A DNA stretch of 63,237 nt, filler included, from Collodictyon triciliatum (GCA_043381765.1; 11 parts of 11 records of this genome joined end to end with filler, not necessarily neighbours in it), one strand, 5' to 3'. Shown: positions 27,001-39,727, counted from the whole stretch's first letter. Made by a program: numbers and translations. The notes: generated from the sequence alone by a model not told the origin.

Positions 27001-29540
27001 ATCTTCATCAGAGGTAAAAATTGCTACGAGTTCGGTACCATTGTATAGGTTATTTTCCTTCAAATAGAGATAGTTTCTTCTTATTGGGTTAGAGAAGCGC
27101 CCAGTCGTCGACGAGCATATTGATATAGAACAGTCTGAGAGTATAAAGAGTAAACTTGGGTCGCGATTCGATGATTTGCAATAGATGACAGATACTATCT
27201 CGCATGCAGATTGAAATACTCCTACAGTTGCCTCTGTCAATGGATTCCATACGTAAATTGTTCCCTCGGTTGTGTGAATCACTTGGCAATTGATATTATC
27301 CTTTATGTATTCAACAAGGAAAATTGTGTTTGTTGAACGAGGTGTCGTTCTCCACACCATATCGCCACCCCATTCACCATAGAAAAATGGATGACCAATC
27401 TCATACCTCGGTAGGTTCCCAATGTAGCTTGACTCCATGTCGCACTTGAAAAAGAAGCAATCACCGAAATCAGCACCAATCATAAAACAATTCTTGAAAG
27501 TACAATTGAAGAATTTAATGTGTCGTAAACTTCCGTTTGAGATTATGGAATTCTCGAAAACAACTTGATGAAACTCTTGATGGTCTATAGTCGAACCAGA
27601 TAAGCATAAGATAGATAGAGCATTACCTGCAGCCACGGACATTGAGGGACAATTTTCAGCAGTTGTTATGATTTCAAGAATTTTTTCTTTTGAAGTCTTA
27701 CAATTTAACACCTTATTTGCTATCTTGTCGATTTGGTATTTTTCTAGTGGTTCAGATATGAACTTTAGCAAATTTTCGCTTTGTGCGCTTGTAGAAGATT
27801 TTCTCATCATCGCTAGATTGTATTTTGGATCTGTAATGTGTTTGAAATCTAGGAGGTTTTTTTCATCAGGGGTAGCGTTTTTCTTGGATGAAAGTAAGCG
27901 AGCATGTTTGCCAATGCGATAGGTACCCCCTCTAAATAAGTGTGTTCCATTAGAGTTTGCCTGGCTGAGAATTGAAACGGTGCCTTTCCATAGATCACCA
28001 GGGGTAAATTTTGCTGATTGGATTAACTCATTCAAAATATCTACAAGAAGGGGGCTCAAGTCTATCTTTTTCACATGCATATCCAATCTTCTAAGTATGT
28101 TATCTAAGAACTCAATTGCTGATGCAAAGAGTTCTTCGCTATGTTTTCTTCGTAAGATTTCGATCCGAAAGAGCTCTGAAGCCCACACAATTGGAGGATA
28201 TTCTGCATCAGAATCGATAAGCTTGATAAAATACTCTTCGAAATCCATAAATAATCCGTTCGTCAATAAAATGTGTGCATCAATTAGTTGATAGACCCAC
28301 GCTGGACTTTCCACAGGACATCTGGACAGGGTGTTTCTCATATTATTAAGAAGAATGAAAACGGACCGCTCGAAAGAAAAGTTCTCTAACAGCATCAAAC
28401 CCAATGTTAACTCTTGGCTAGCATCGTACGTGTCATGATCGATTTCTTGGTTTCCCATTCTACGAAGGGCATATATCTGAATTTGTAGTAAAGAATTTGA
28501 GAAAGGGTCTAGAGTCATCTCAAGTTCCCTACTTAGCGAGTCAGACAATTGAATTGCTCGCTTCGATATGTGAAAAGGGAATTTAATGCACGAAAAAGCT
28601 CCCAATAAAAATATCTTTGCCATGGGAAACATGTAATGCTTGTTAGTAAGATGCCATCTTGGTGGGTTTTGGTTTCCAAAATCGATAACTTTTTCAATGA
28701 CACTACTTAGGTTACAAATCGTGCACTGCTTGCGTATAAACTTTGGTAAAATACTTGAAAGATTTTGAAGTGTTTTGTGCTCAAATAGCACACTCTCACA
28801 TTGTTTCACAATTGCACCCATAAAGTCTGTGGCGTGTATTGGATTTTCAACAAAATCTACACACATCAACAAATCAATGGACTTTGTGTCTACACCCAAT
28901 TTTTGTTCTGTTGTCATTCTTTTCGTCCTAATTTCATTGGATATGCGTAAAAGTTCGACAGGATCACTGGGCATGATCAATTGAGCTACACTCGCAACTA
29001 CATTGCGTCTGAAATGCCTGCTACTTGTGGGTGGATAATATAGATTTGTCAAGACTGCTTGCGGTGCGTTGTGGAAAACATGATTCATGAAAGCAATGAT
29101 AGTTGGGGTAGAATCTTCGTCGACAATAGGATCTCTCTGGTCAAACTTGAGTGAGTTCAAAACGTCTTTTACATCGCCTTCATTATTACCGTCTTCATTT
29201 ATCATGAAATCGGGTGGTTCATGAACCGCAGCAGGTAATCGGATTAGTCGGCCATGGCATTCTCCCTCGTTTTGTTCTCCAAAATCAATATGAAGCTCAA
29301 AATTAGTCGATATATATTCTGATATTGCTTCATAGCTCATCTCATACCAATGCCGGTCTAAAGGAGGCTCAATTGGCTCGGTTAACACAATATCCCAGGA
29401 CTCAAAAGTCTCATTAAAATAATATAGCGTAATTTCATCGTCATTTAGGACAAAAGCGATATGCCTGGTTGTATTGGTGCGTATTGGGACTTCATACATT
29501 CGGAAAAGGTATATCAGCGAATCAGTTTGCAAACCGATTT
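24002..29540 (-). CDS. Very large protein (single ~5.5-kb exon) with helical/TPR-like region, pentapeptide repeats, beta-rich segment and multiple Sel1-like repeats; partial
   Basis: AAGNALSILCLSG...FENSIISNGSLRHIKFFNCTFKNCFMIGADFGDCFF (pentapeptide); LAEMYEYGVGVTQN, LGRGYYEGW, LARCYENGWGTEKS, VGLSYDEGVFVEVNPTMATYYFELS (Sel1). Confidence 0.8.
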
Positions 29541-32500
29541 CTAAGTAAATAATGATAAATAAGAATAAGAATAAAACCGAATTGAATTGAATTGAATTAT
29601 GACTTAGTATGCGGAAAACTCTAATATCAGGGTTAATCTCAAGTATGTGTTTTATGTGTTTTATGTGTTTTATGTGTTTTATGTGTTTTATGTGTTTTAT
29701 GTGTTTTATGTGTTTTATGTGTTTTATGTGTTTTATGTGTTTNNNNNNNNNNNNNNNNNNNNNNNNNNNNNNNNNNNNNNNNNNNNTTAATTAATTAANN
29801 NNNNNNNNNNNNNNNNNNNNNNNNNNNNNNNNNNNNNNNNNNACTCATATATTTTAATATTTTCACTTTATTACAAATTTATTTCAATTTTTTGATTTCT
29901 TCAGCACCACACCCATGGCACAAACCTCTCAAGTTTTGCTACGAGAAAGAGATTGGGATGTGAGCTTTCCTCCCTTTGTAAATCCTCGACAATCATAAAT
30001 AAAGACTCAAACCGTAACTTCTTTCCTTTTAGGTATGCATCGAATACCCATGACAGGTTTGGTTGAGACTATCTCAACGATTAGGAGTGTATTTGGCCGA
30101 GTGAAATTGTAGGGTTTTTTTTCATCTAAATGTGTTCGTTGAACTAATAGCATTAAAAATAAATATGAAAAGTATATATTTAGTGTATTCTCTTTACTTC
30201 CATGCAAATCAGTGGCCTTTTTTATTATCAAAAACCAATATAATGTTAAATTTGTACTCTTGATTTAGTTCATGCGGATGCACTGCGCATGTGTCTGGAC
30301 TTTCTCAATAGATATCATCCAATCGGTCGAAGCGATGATTTTTGATAATCAGGGCGAACTCCTATGCAAAGTGTGTGTTCACGATGTAAATTCATCAGCA
30401 GCCAAAAAAGTCTGCAAAGCGTGTTTTCTGCTCGATAGCCTTATCGCGTGCCTCCAAAACTTGCCGTTGGAAAGACTAAGAAATGGGTTTGCCTTTCCCA
30501 TTTTCTTTTGTTGTAAATAAGTGGCACTTTCATTTCTTCGCTTTTACTGTCATTTTTTTCCGATCAGAACTTATTTGACACCAAATACTATCAGCAGTAT
30601 TCTGAGCAATATATTTCTCCTTTTTCCGAGTCGCAAGGATTGGCGCATCTGTCGTTTTTTAATTACATCAGAACAGTCATTTACCGAGTACAGTGCAGAG
30701 TCATCAATGAAGAGGCTCGATGCCAAACACAAGATAAACATCAAGTTTTTAGAATGTAGATTAGAACTTTAAAACCCCCGATATCAAACGAATAATTACT
30801 TTTTCGAATGATTTTGATTCTATTATCCTTGAACTTCGATATTTACTCGCAAGAGGAGATGATTATTTTTTTTATTTGCTTGGCTAATCTATATTAGTGA
30901 TGCTTTGAGTTCATTGATCGATTGATAGACGCTGCAATATTCGGTCGCAGCGATGAGCAACCGTTTCACAAAGAAACACAACATAATCCTAGCAACTGGA
31001 AACATGTATCGCATATCCGCATTCAGTCGACGTCATAAGCTGCGAAAGGTGGCGAGAAATAGGCACTTGTGCATCGGGGATTGCGCTCCGAGACAAGAAA
31101 GAATGAGAAAAATAAAATATTTATCTTGCATGAAAGGTATAAGAAAACAGAAAAATTGTATTCTCTTGCACATCGACGATGAATGATGTGCGGCAGATTG
31201 GATTTTGGACGATGCACTTTTCTCACTTTCATGGCAGAGAAACTTTTGCAAGATGCACCTGGCCATGCAAACAACATGCGGATGAGGCTGGAAAATATCA
31301 TCTAATCCAGTGCTTGGAAAAAAAAATTAGCTCGATGGAATCAAAGAGGCGTCTTGTATGGATATAATTGCCGAGTATATGACAAAACAGTTGGGCACTT
31401 GGAGATGAATAAATATCGACAGTTCAATTAAGCTTCCGATTCTGATTGTAACATATAAATATATATTGGTAACAACTGCAGACTTACTTTGATTTTTAGA
31501 GGGCTCTGACGGCGATGGCGCTGTATGGGTCGGGCGTGTATCCTTATCGGCGTGTATGTTACTATTATTTGAACAAGAAAGATGGTTTCATTCTTTTCCT
31601 GATTGTTTTTAAGTCATTTACACACAAAGCACCCAAACAATGGCTTCGAAGTTATGTTTTTCTGGTCCAAACGAGAATATGTATATCTCTTCATGCGCTT
31701 TATTTAAAGGTAGGTTGTATATAGTGTTCGTACATGAAGGAATAATCAAAAGAGTTCAATTATATACGATTACATTAGAAGGTGTCCCTCTTATTCGGCT
31801 AGAGGACGAAAAATGTGCTGCAGATGGTGTGGTGGACATTTACTTCAATGTAAATCGCTTCTCCACTAGTTAAGCATGCGACCGATTGGGTAGGAATGCC
31901 TTTTTGGATGATTTCCTTGTTGTACTGACCATCACCTCCGCTAAATATGAATAAAGAAGGATCGTTTTCATATTTGCTTGTTTTCAAAACATGTTCTCAC
32001 AAACTTATACTGACAGCGACCTTAAATATAGAAGAGAATATACCTTACAGTTTTATTATTTAGCAGCAGTATACATAAAAGAAAATAAATTACGCTTCAC
32101 AACAACTAATATCATGCATCCGATATTGTAGAGCGCTGGATATCAAGCAAAAGCTCATGGTTACTTGTAGCCGAATTGTGTTTAACAATCTCTAGAGGTT
32201 TTTTTTTTCAATATTTACTCATTTCAGTCTGAAAAAAATATTGAAACAGGAATTATGACCATGTTAGTCTCTTTTTCAAGTTCAGATTGTCTGATTTTTT
32301 CTATTTGTCAAATTTTCCTAATTACCTGGGCGATGATTTCATTTTCATTCGTGTATGAAAAAATCATGATTGGTAGTCTATTGAATGAGCAAACTAACCC
32401 ACTGCATCATTTCCTATTTCTCCACTGGAAACAATAAAGGCAACTCGTTGAAGCTTTTCCCACTGTATGACAGCATCTCGATTCAGTGCGCAAAATATAT

Positions 32501-34180
32501 AATTTCTTATCATACATCATCTACATCTATGGTTCTTTTGTGGATGTTGATATCTCTTCAAAAAAGTGTGCGTGGCTTCCTTTCGGATTCTCCTATTTTA
32601 TCTCACTTTATATCCGAGTGTTTTTTTTTTTTTGATATTTTTCATTAAACGAAATAAATATAAAAGAAACCTGTGTTCCACGACTCTTATTTGTTTAGAA
32701 TATAGCAACAGATGCTAAAACTTGAATAGTAACGATGTTATTATTAAGTAATTAAACGGATGAGCTTATTGGTGGGGTTTCAAAATATTCGAAAGAAACC
32801 CACCTGGCAGTAAGGATAGGCGTAATTGGCAATCTAGCTCACTGCTCTATCGCAGTTGAATGTGTTGATTGCGCACAAAAATTACTCTCGTTTGAATTTA
32901 TTTGTTGTCCATCCAGTGTGTGTCAAAAAAAAAAAAAAACAATTATGTCATTCATCATTTTTGGTTTGTCATTTCTCCTTTATTTACCATTTTGATGTGC
33001 CTTTACGAGAAATAAAATATCTGAAGGCAAGAGATTTTAAAAATAAGAATCAAAAAAATATTTTAAAAAAGAAAACAATTGAAATTATCAATAAAACCAG
33101 GAACTGCTTACGAACTACTCATCATATTGTCAAAATTTGTCACTGAAGAGTGCCTCACTGACGGAAACAAGAGAATTGTACCCTACCAGTCTGTGAGTAT
33201 GAAAACTTTAAATAGTTGAATACTATAGAGAATAAAAATGATACAAAAGTATTTGTTTAAACCATTTGGGAATAATTACACAAGAGTGAGATAGGCAGCG
33301 TAATTTCCAATCAAAATAGTTGTATCTTGTCATCTGGAACTCTTGCTGTAGACCGATGTGGTTATTTATTGGAAAAAGAATGACGCATTCAACTCTGCTT
33401 CTTCCATTAAGCGTACTCATAGCAGCGCTGCCTGATTATAGTTGGGTAGATTCCATGGAATTAGCAGGAATCCTTTCATAAAACTACATTGTACAAAAAG
33501 TGCACTCATATTTCCTATTCAAACAATCAATTAACTTTTATATATCCAGAAGTTGCAATCACTATGGTCATGTCTTCCGAGTTGTTATGTAGAAATTATT
33601 CCTATTCTCCCAAAAAAATGCATCGACAAATTCTTTAATGTTTCTCATAACCAACACAGATTAACAAGACTACTTGATAATATCAATATTAGATATCATT
33701 GAGGTATGTTTTCTTTGGATAAATCTCCGAGTTATATGACTGAAGACCTTGAAAGATAACGTAGGACTTATTCATGATAATCAAACTGTGTACGAGAAAG
33801 ATATGCTATTCACCAAGGAAGCTAGAAATGGGTTTGCATATGATAATTGAGGTTCCTCAAAGCTGAACTTATATTCACAATCCCACCATGAAACATTTCT
33901 GCTACATGAAAGCTGCACTCCAAAGCCCTTCCTTTTTTTGCTCGAAATAATTCATCGGAATAACTGACTCGGTTCCAAAACAAAGCCTGAATTCAACTGC
34001 GATTTGGCGTAGTGCAGAGTTTGATAACTTGTACTCAGATACAACCTTGCTCGCAACCTTTCTTAAAGAGAGAAATGTTTATCGATTTATAAATATGTTT
34101 GGCAAGTTATATGATACCTTCATTTGTTTGTTTAACCACCTTACTTTATGAATGAAAAACTTGATATTTATTTCATGATT

Positions 34181-34296
<116 letters not shown>

Positions 34297-34399
34297 TTTA
34301 ATGATTCGGATGTTGATATCAATGCGCGAGCCTATATCGAAGCCGATAAAGTGAATATTAATCTGCAAGTAAAAGGGAAATAAAGACAATAACCTCTCC

Positions 34400-35706
34400 C
34401 GACCAAAAACCTTAACGCATAGTGCCTTGAATGAAAGACGAGCCCACCCAACAAAGTCTCCCAGCGTCAAGGTTAGGATTTTCTCAGGCACATATAGCCC
34501 GCAGTCTACTGTGTAAATCCAGTGAACACAAATTCAAACAAAAGCTAACGCCTACCGTGTGAAAAAATACTCGACTTTACTCATTCTTCTCCACAAATAC
34601 TCGACAAGGAGTCTTTTTTGAACATTCATGGACACATAAGCTTTTCGCACTTGATGGGAAATACAGGCAAAGATGAAGGAGCTTGGCACATGTAGAGACC
34701 CGCTCAATAGTGTCGCAATCCAGAACACCTGTGCAAGGAAGGCTGTCTGCAAGTCTGTCTGAGCGAACGGTATTTTTGCACGGGGTTGAGCAAGTAGTAT
34801 ACAACAATTTGTTTTTGAAACCAAAAAAGCACGTGCAAAAATCGAATAGCCCCAGAGAAGCAAACTTCAGCAACGACTCGCTCTATCTCTCACCTGAGTC
34901 CCAAGAGACAGGGACTGCATCAGGAACACCCCAGAGCAGCGTCAGCTTCACACCGCAATTCCCAAGATTCGAGGGCGCCCCTAACAAAGCAAACTACCAG
35001 CATCCTGTAACTCCCATGCGTATTGCTCGCGCAAGCCCTAGCCCAAAAAGAGCGAGCACAGAGCTGACAGCCTCGCCGGAAAACACACAACTTCCCACCG
35101 CAGAGGCAGTAGCGTCACCCGCACAACACAGAATGAAACTATCAACGCCAAAATCCCGAAGGATGCGTGCTGGGGTTCCAATAATAACTTCCGAAACAAA
35201 TACAACAACCATAGCCACAGAAACACTCACAACCACCACGACCGAGTCAACACAGATATCCGCAAACACAACTGAACACAACGAGAGCGCTGCTGCTCTC
35301 ACGGAGGGTTTCCCTCCACCCAGTAATAACAGACTATGCGTTTCGGCGTTCTGTCATGGAACGCTAGGGGATTAACGACCCCCACAGGCGGAAATAGGTT
35401 TACAAGACAGCTCTTTTCACCCACGCGGATATCATCTGTCATTAAGAGACGTGACAGAGCCCTGAGACCCAATCTACTGACTTCGGGTGGAAGGGCCCTC
35501 AGCTATGGTCACCATCATTATCACCATCACAACACAAACATGCCGGCGTAGCAATCCTGTGCAAAAGGTGGATTGCTAAGCTAAAGCCCATCTTCAAAGT
35601 CATTATTCCCGGCCGCGCCATAAGCATGGATATCCAGATGGATGGGAAAACAACAAGGATAATCACTTGCTATATGTCACTCCAAACGGCTGGCCTCCAA
35701 ACAAGA
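34400..35706 (+). mobile_element. Decayed non-LTR retrotransposon (L1/Tx1-like): ORF1 remnant overlapping the start of ORF2 with an APE endonuclease
   Basis: ORF2 from 35336 MRFGVLSWNARGL, then after a frameshift ADIICH*ET*...WKGPQLWS...HAGVAIL...IIPGRAISMDI...IITCY (APE motifs SWNxRGL, DIIxLQET, GVAIL, GR). Higher GC, intronless, truncated by scaffold end; 5' boundary approximate. Confidence 0.8.
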
Positions 35707-36646
35707 NNNNNNNNNNNNNNNNNNNNNNNNNNNNNNNNNNNNNNNNNNNNTTAATTAATTAANNNNNNNNNNNNNNNNNNNNNNNNNNNNNNNNNNNNNN
35801 NNNNNNTTCTTCTTTTTTCTTCTTTTTTCTTCTTTTTTCTTCTTTTTTCTTCTTTTTTCTTCTTTTTTCTTCTTTTTTCTTCTTTTTTCTTCTTTTTTCT
35901 TCTTTTCTTATTTTTCTTCTTTTTCTTTTTCTTCGGTCTCATTCAGCCTGTAAATCGATAAACTTCATTACAAAGGCTGTGGCGAACTTGGTTTTATCCC
36001 TTTCAAGACATAACAATTTTTATACAACAAAAGTGTGCACATTTATAGCAGTTTATTACACAGGAAACCATCGAATTAAATCTGGATTGACGAAAGCAAG
36101 AGCTTTGATGAATCCAAGAAGCAACTTGAATAATATAATAGTATGATTGGTATATAATGAGGTTAAAAAATATTTAATAATATCAATCTATTCACGTAAT
36201 CAATTTATATTTTATTTTCCATTCTGTAATATTAATTCAAAAATTCAAGATTACAAACAAGCCCTTTCCTTGGCCCAGACAGAACCCAACCTATCATCAT
36301 GCCACCAAACATTCATTTCAAAAAAGCATACTATCCACACTTGCGGCGGTAATCATGTTGTTTGGGGCCGATATGATGATTTTCAGTCGCAATGGCTATA
36401 CGGCCGTCATTTCAAACTCGCCGAATCGGCTCTCAGGGATTAGTCTCAAATCACTTATAAAAAAAAACTTGGTGTGTTTGTTTGCCACAATGCGCACATT
36501 TTGAAAGTCTCGGTAGATGCTTAATTTTACATAAATTGATTTTATGTAGTTTTTTTTTTTTATTACATCGACTGATTGTTTAAAATTTTATTAAAATTGA
36601 AAACTCGGTAGTTTACTATAGGAAAAAGTAAAACAAAGACTTTCAG

Positions 36647-38470
36647 ATGAGGAAAAGAAAACGTCTCGAGTCTGAGAATCTAAAGTCGATTGTAAAGAAT
36701 GCGGATGACTATGACAAAATGAACGATATGGTTCTATTGTGTCATAATTTGGTTACCGACACTTATCTGTTTGCAACATGTTACATATTAAAAGCACAGC
36801 AACACCCAACAATCGATAAAAAGTTTTTTTTTTTTTTTTTTTTACGCTTTAAAGACAGTCGGAATAGTTTCACAAGGTATCCGCAAGATTAAAAAAAAAA
36901 ACCAGATATATGAGTAAAGACATGATGACTTTTTTATCTCTATGATTTTCGATTCCTTTTGTCTCGAGAAGAAAGCTTTCCGTTGGTTGGACTGTCTCAT
37001 GTACTACCGTACTTGGCAAAGCAAATGTTAACAGCTTATCAATATAACATTAAGGAACATTTTGTAAAGAGGTTACTGCGCTTTATAAATCAAACAGTTC
37101 CTAAAGATGAGAATATTACGGAAGCAATTGAAAAGGCAGAGTTACGAAAGTTAAAAAGACTATCTCAAAGAATCTCAAAATACCAGAACAATATAAACAA
37201 TTGGGCTACAACGCATTTGCATCGTATCATTCCCAGCAATATTGTGAAAGGTATCGAATATGACGCCAAAGTCAATCCAAATAAGTACATTCCATGTCTG
37301 ATTTACATGTATCGCATTTTTGAGGACATTGGAGCCAAACTGTTTGAATCAATCTCTATAAGAACTAACAATATAACATGTCATATTACTCTAGATACTG
37401 CATGTTTGATAGATATATTAGTATCAAGTGGAAAAACATCATTAATGAAGAATATATCAGGATGCAAAGAGACCCTATGAGATGATTTTGAAATGAAGAA
37501 GAGTGTCTTTCATCGAAGAGACTATAATTTTTAATACATGATACAAACAGACGGCTTAGCAGTGTCATTATTGTTCGAAAAGAAAGGTATTCCAAACTCA
37601 AGATTCCAATTTAATCAAAAAAAAACCCCCCCAAGAATATGTTTATATAGATGAACTTTCCGAAGGGCAGTTATCTTTATTAGCGAAAAAAATATAATAG
37701 TTTAATGGATGCACGCAACTTTAATTTGGTTTGCATGGTGGATGAGACGGTAAGAAATTACATTACACGGCACACCAAAGAGGACATGATAGCAAATCTC
37801 TTAAAAATCACAAAATACTCTTGTGCGAGAAAAAAAAAGAAAAGTACAATTCTTCAGGGATATACATGGTAACAGATTTACGAAGTGCTGTTTCTTTTGG
37901 TCGCATGACTTTTGAAGAGAATCAGTTGTTTGAGACATCAAGAGTATCTTTAATCGATTTAGAGACAGAACTAAGTAAACATAATTCATCCACGGTCGAT
38001 TATGAAAAAAATTCTAAAATATGTATCTATGAAATCAAAATACCAGATAGAATTATCCAGATTTTATGAACAAGTAACTTTTCGAAAGATGGGATGGAGA
38101 CAGTATGTTAATACAAAAAGGAAGTGAACAGTTGATTATGGACCGAATCGAAAAGACATTTGGCAAGGATGTTGTACTTGCGTATGGAGACTGGAGCAGA
38201 AATTGTCAGATGAAACATTTTATGGCAACAATCGGAAGAGGATTACGAAAAATACTATCCAAACGCGTTGAGATATTTAGTGTGAATGAATTTAGAACCT
38301 CCAAGATGTGTTGCAATTGCGAAAAGGAACTGGAATACATGCAACTGAAAGGAAATTCAAAAAAAAGGTGTATAAATGTCTCATGTGAGAAGAATGCAAT
38401 CGTTCAGAAAGCAAACAAAGTGCATTTTCGATAAGGAACTTTAACAGCGCTAAAATATACTCAAGAAAGT
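36647..38470 (+). pseudogene. Fanzor1 (eukaryotic TnpB-like RuvC nuclease), disrupted by frameshifts and stops
   Basis: Intronless fragments: LPYLAKQMLTAYQYNIKEHFVKRLLRFIN, YDAKVNP..., HITLDTACL, YMIQTDGLAVSLLF (~37537), RuvC-I-like MDARNFNLVCMVD (~37705), FRKMGWRQY, VLAYGDWS, VNEFRTSKMCCNC (RuvC-II + Zn finger), CLM*EEC, RNFNSAK (RuvC-III, D>N). Confidence 0.88.
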
Positions 38471-38522
38471 TCTTTTAATCCTTCAAAAACTGCATACACC
38501 TTCCTCTAAAAAACATACTTTT

Positions 38523-38636
38523 GGGTCTTTCCTGGAAGCCTTCACCACTACACAACCTTTTTGTGAAAAATGTGGTGAGACCTTGGATACTAGCACACCA
38601 GTCTCGCCAGTCGAAAGATTGGTTTACCCCTTCTAG
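38523..38636 (+). ncRNA. Putative Fanzor omega-RNA scaffold / element right end
   Basis: Nested stems just 3' of the Fanzor ORF: TCACCAC(38542)/GTGGTGA(38572) enclosing CACAA/TTGTG; GAGAC able to pair with GTCTC(38601) or GTCTT(38525); CCAGTC-GAAA-GATTGG(38607-38622); GGGT/ACCC closing. Confidence 0.45.
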
Positions 38637-38812
38637 AAAACAAAATATATTTGCACCAAACATGAGTGCAGCAGAAAGTCTAAACAGTTTAACAAACTAC
38701 AAAGTAGTTCCGGCCTTGTTTTATTCTTTCCTCCTCCCTCCTTCTCTCCTTCCTCACGAGACAAAAGCACAGCCCGACCCAAAGACCAACGAGCCACCCG
38801 CAGACACGGCCC

Positions 38813-39433
38813 ATGAGCGACCCGCAACTGATCAAAGGCTCCCTGCGCCCCGACGGTTCTGTGCGGAAGGACATCCGCGTGCGAGCAGGTTACGTGCCTC
38901 CAGACGAAGTCCAGCGCTACGAAAGCAAAGGCAAGCAGCACGCACGCATTCTCGAGCAGTTCCGCCACACGCCCGTTGGCTATCCCGTCCAGGACGACTC
39001 CACGGGCCCGCGCGCCCCTCAGCCAAAGACCAATGCCGATGTGAAGCGCGAAGCCGCAAAAGCCGCAAAAGCCGCAAAAGCCCAGCCCGGCCCTTGTGCG
39101 CAGTCGCCGAGTCAAAGCCACGAAGCGGAGTCGAAGCCAAAGCCGAAGCCGAAGCCAAAGCCAACGCCAACGTCCAGTCCTGCTTCGAACCCCACCCAAA
39201 AGCCGGCTCCGGTCCAGGCGGGGGAAAGCAAAGAGGAGGCCCACGAAGACAGGGAACTAGACCCGGCGAAGCGAGCCCGTGCGCTCAAGAAGAAGCTTCG
39301 GCAGATTGAAGGCCTGGAGCAACTGCAGGAAAAGGGCACGGCTCTGGATGCGGCCCAGGCCGAGAAGCTTGCGAGGAAGCGGGATGTGGAGCTGGAGCTG
39401 GAGAAGCTCAGTCTTGAAGAAGGCGGCGTTTAG
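38813..39433 (+). CDS. PYM1: Partner of Y14 and Mago (PYM/WIBG), EJC disassembly factor
   Basis: N-terminal Mago-binding motif IKGSLRPDGSVRKDIRVRAGYVPPDEVQRY; C-terminal KRARALKKKLRQIEGL...QAEKLARK. Confidence 0.93.
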   Translation: MSDPQLIKGSLRPDGSVRKDIRVRAGYVPPDEVQRYESKGKQHARILEQFRHTPVGYPVQDDSTGPRAPQPKTNADVKREAAKAAKAAKAQPGPCAQSPSQSHEAESKPKPKPKPKPTPTSSPASNPTQKPAPVQAGESKEEAHEDRELDPAKRARALKKKLRQIEGLEQLQEKGTALDAAQAEKLARKRDVELELEKLSLEEGGV

Positions 39434-39727
39434 ATAATGGCTTTTGCTTCTGCGCCGTTTCAATAAATACAGAAATGCATAAAGGATATATAAGACCCGG
39501 ATGATGTCACCTCGTCGGTTTGTGTGGTTTTGTTTATAAAGTAGGTTTTGGGAGGTGAAAGCAGTGCTTGTAGCTTGTAAATGGCACTGGGTTTTGTTAA
39601 GGGTGTGTGTGGTTGTAATTCTTGTGGGAAGGGGGGAGAGGAACTGTAAGAAAAGGAGTTGGGGAGGTGATGAGATGGGTGAGTCATGGTTTTGATCTTG
39701 GATAGTTGTGCTAAAAAGCAATGCTGA

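Noticed and set aside
34400-38636. LINE next to Fanzor, suggesting a composite element
   Set aside because: They are on different scaffolds separated by the spacer at 35707-35806
38521-39309. 262-aa ORF overlapping PYM1
   Set aside because: Alternative-frame shadow of a GC-rich gene; no recognisable domain
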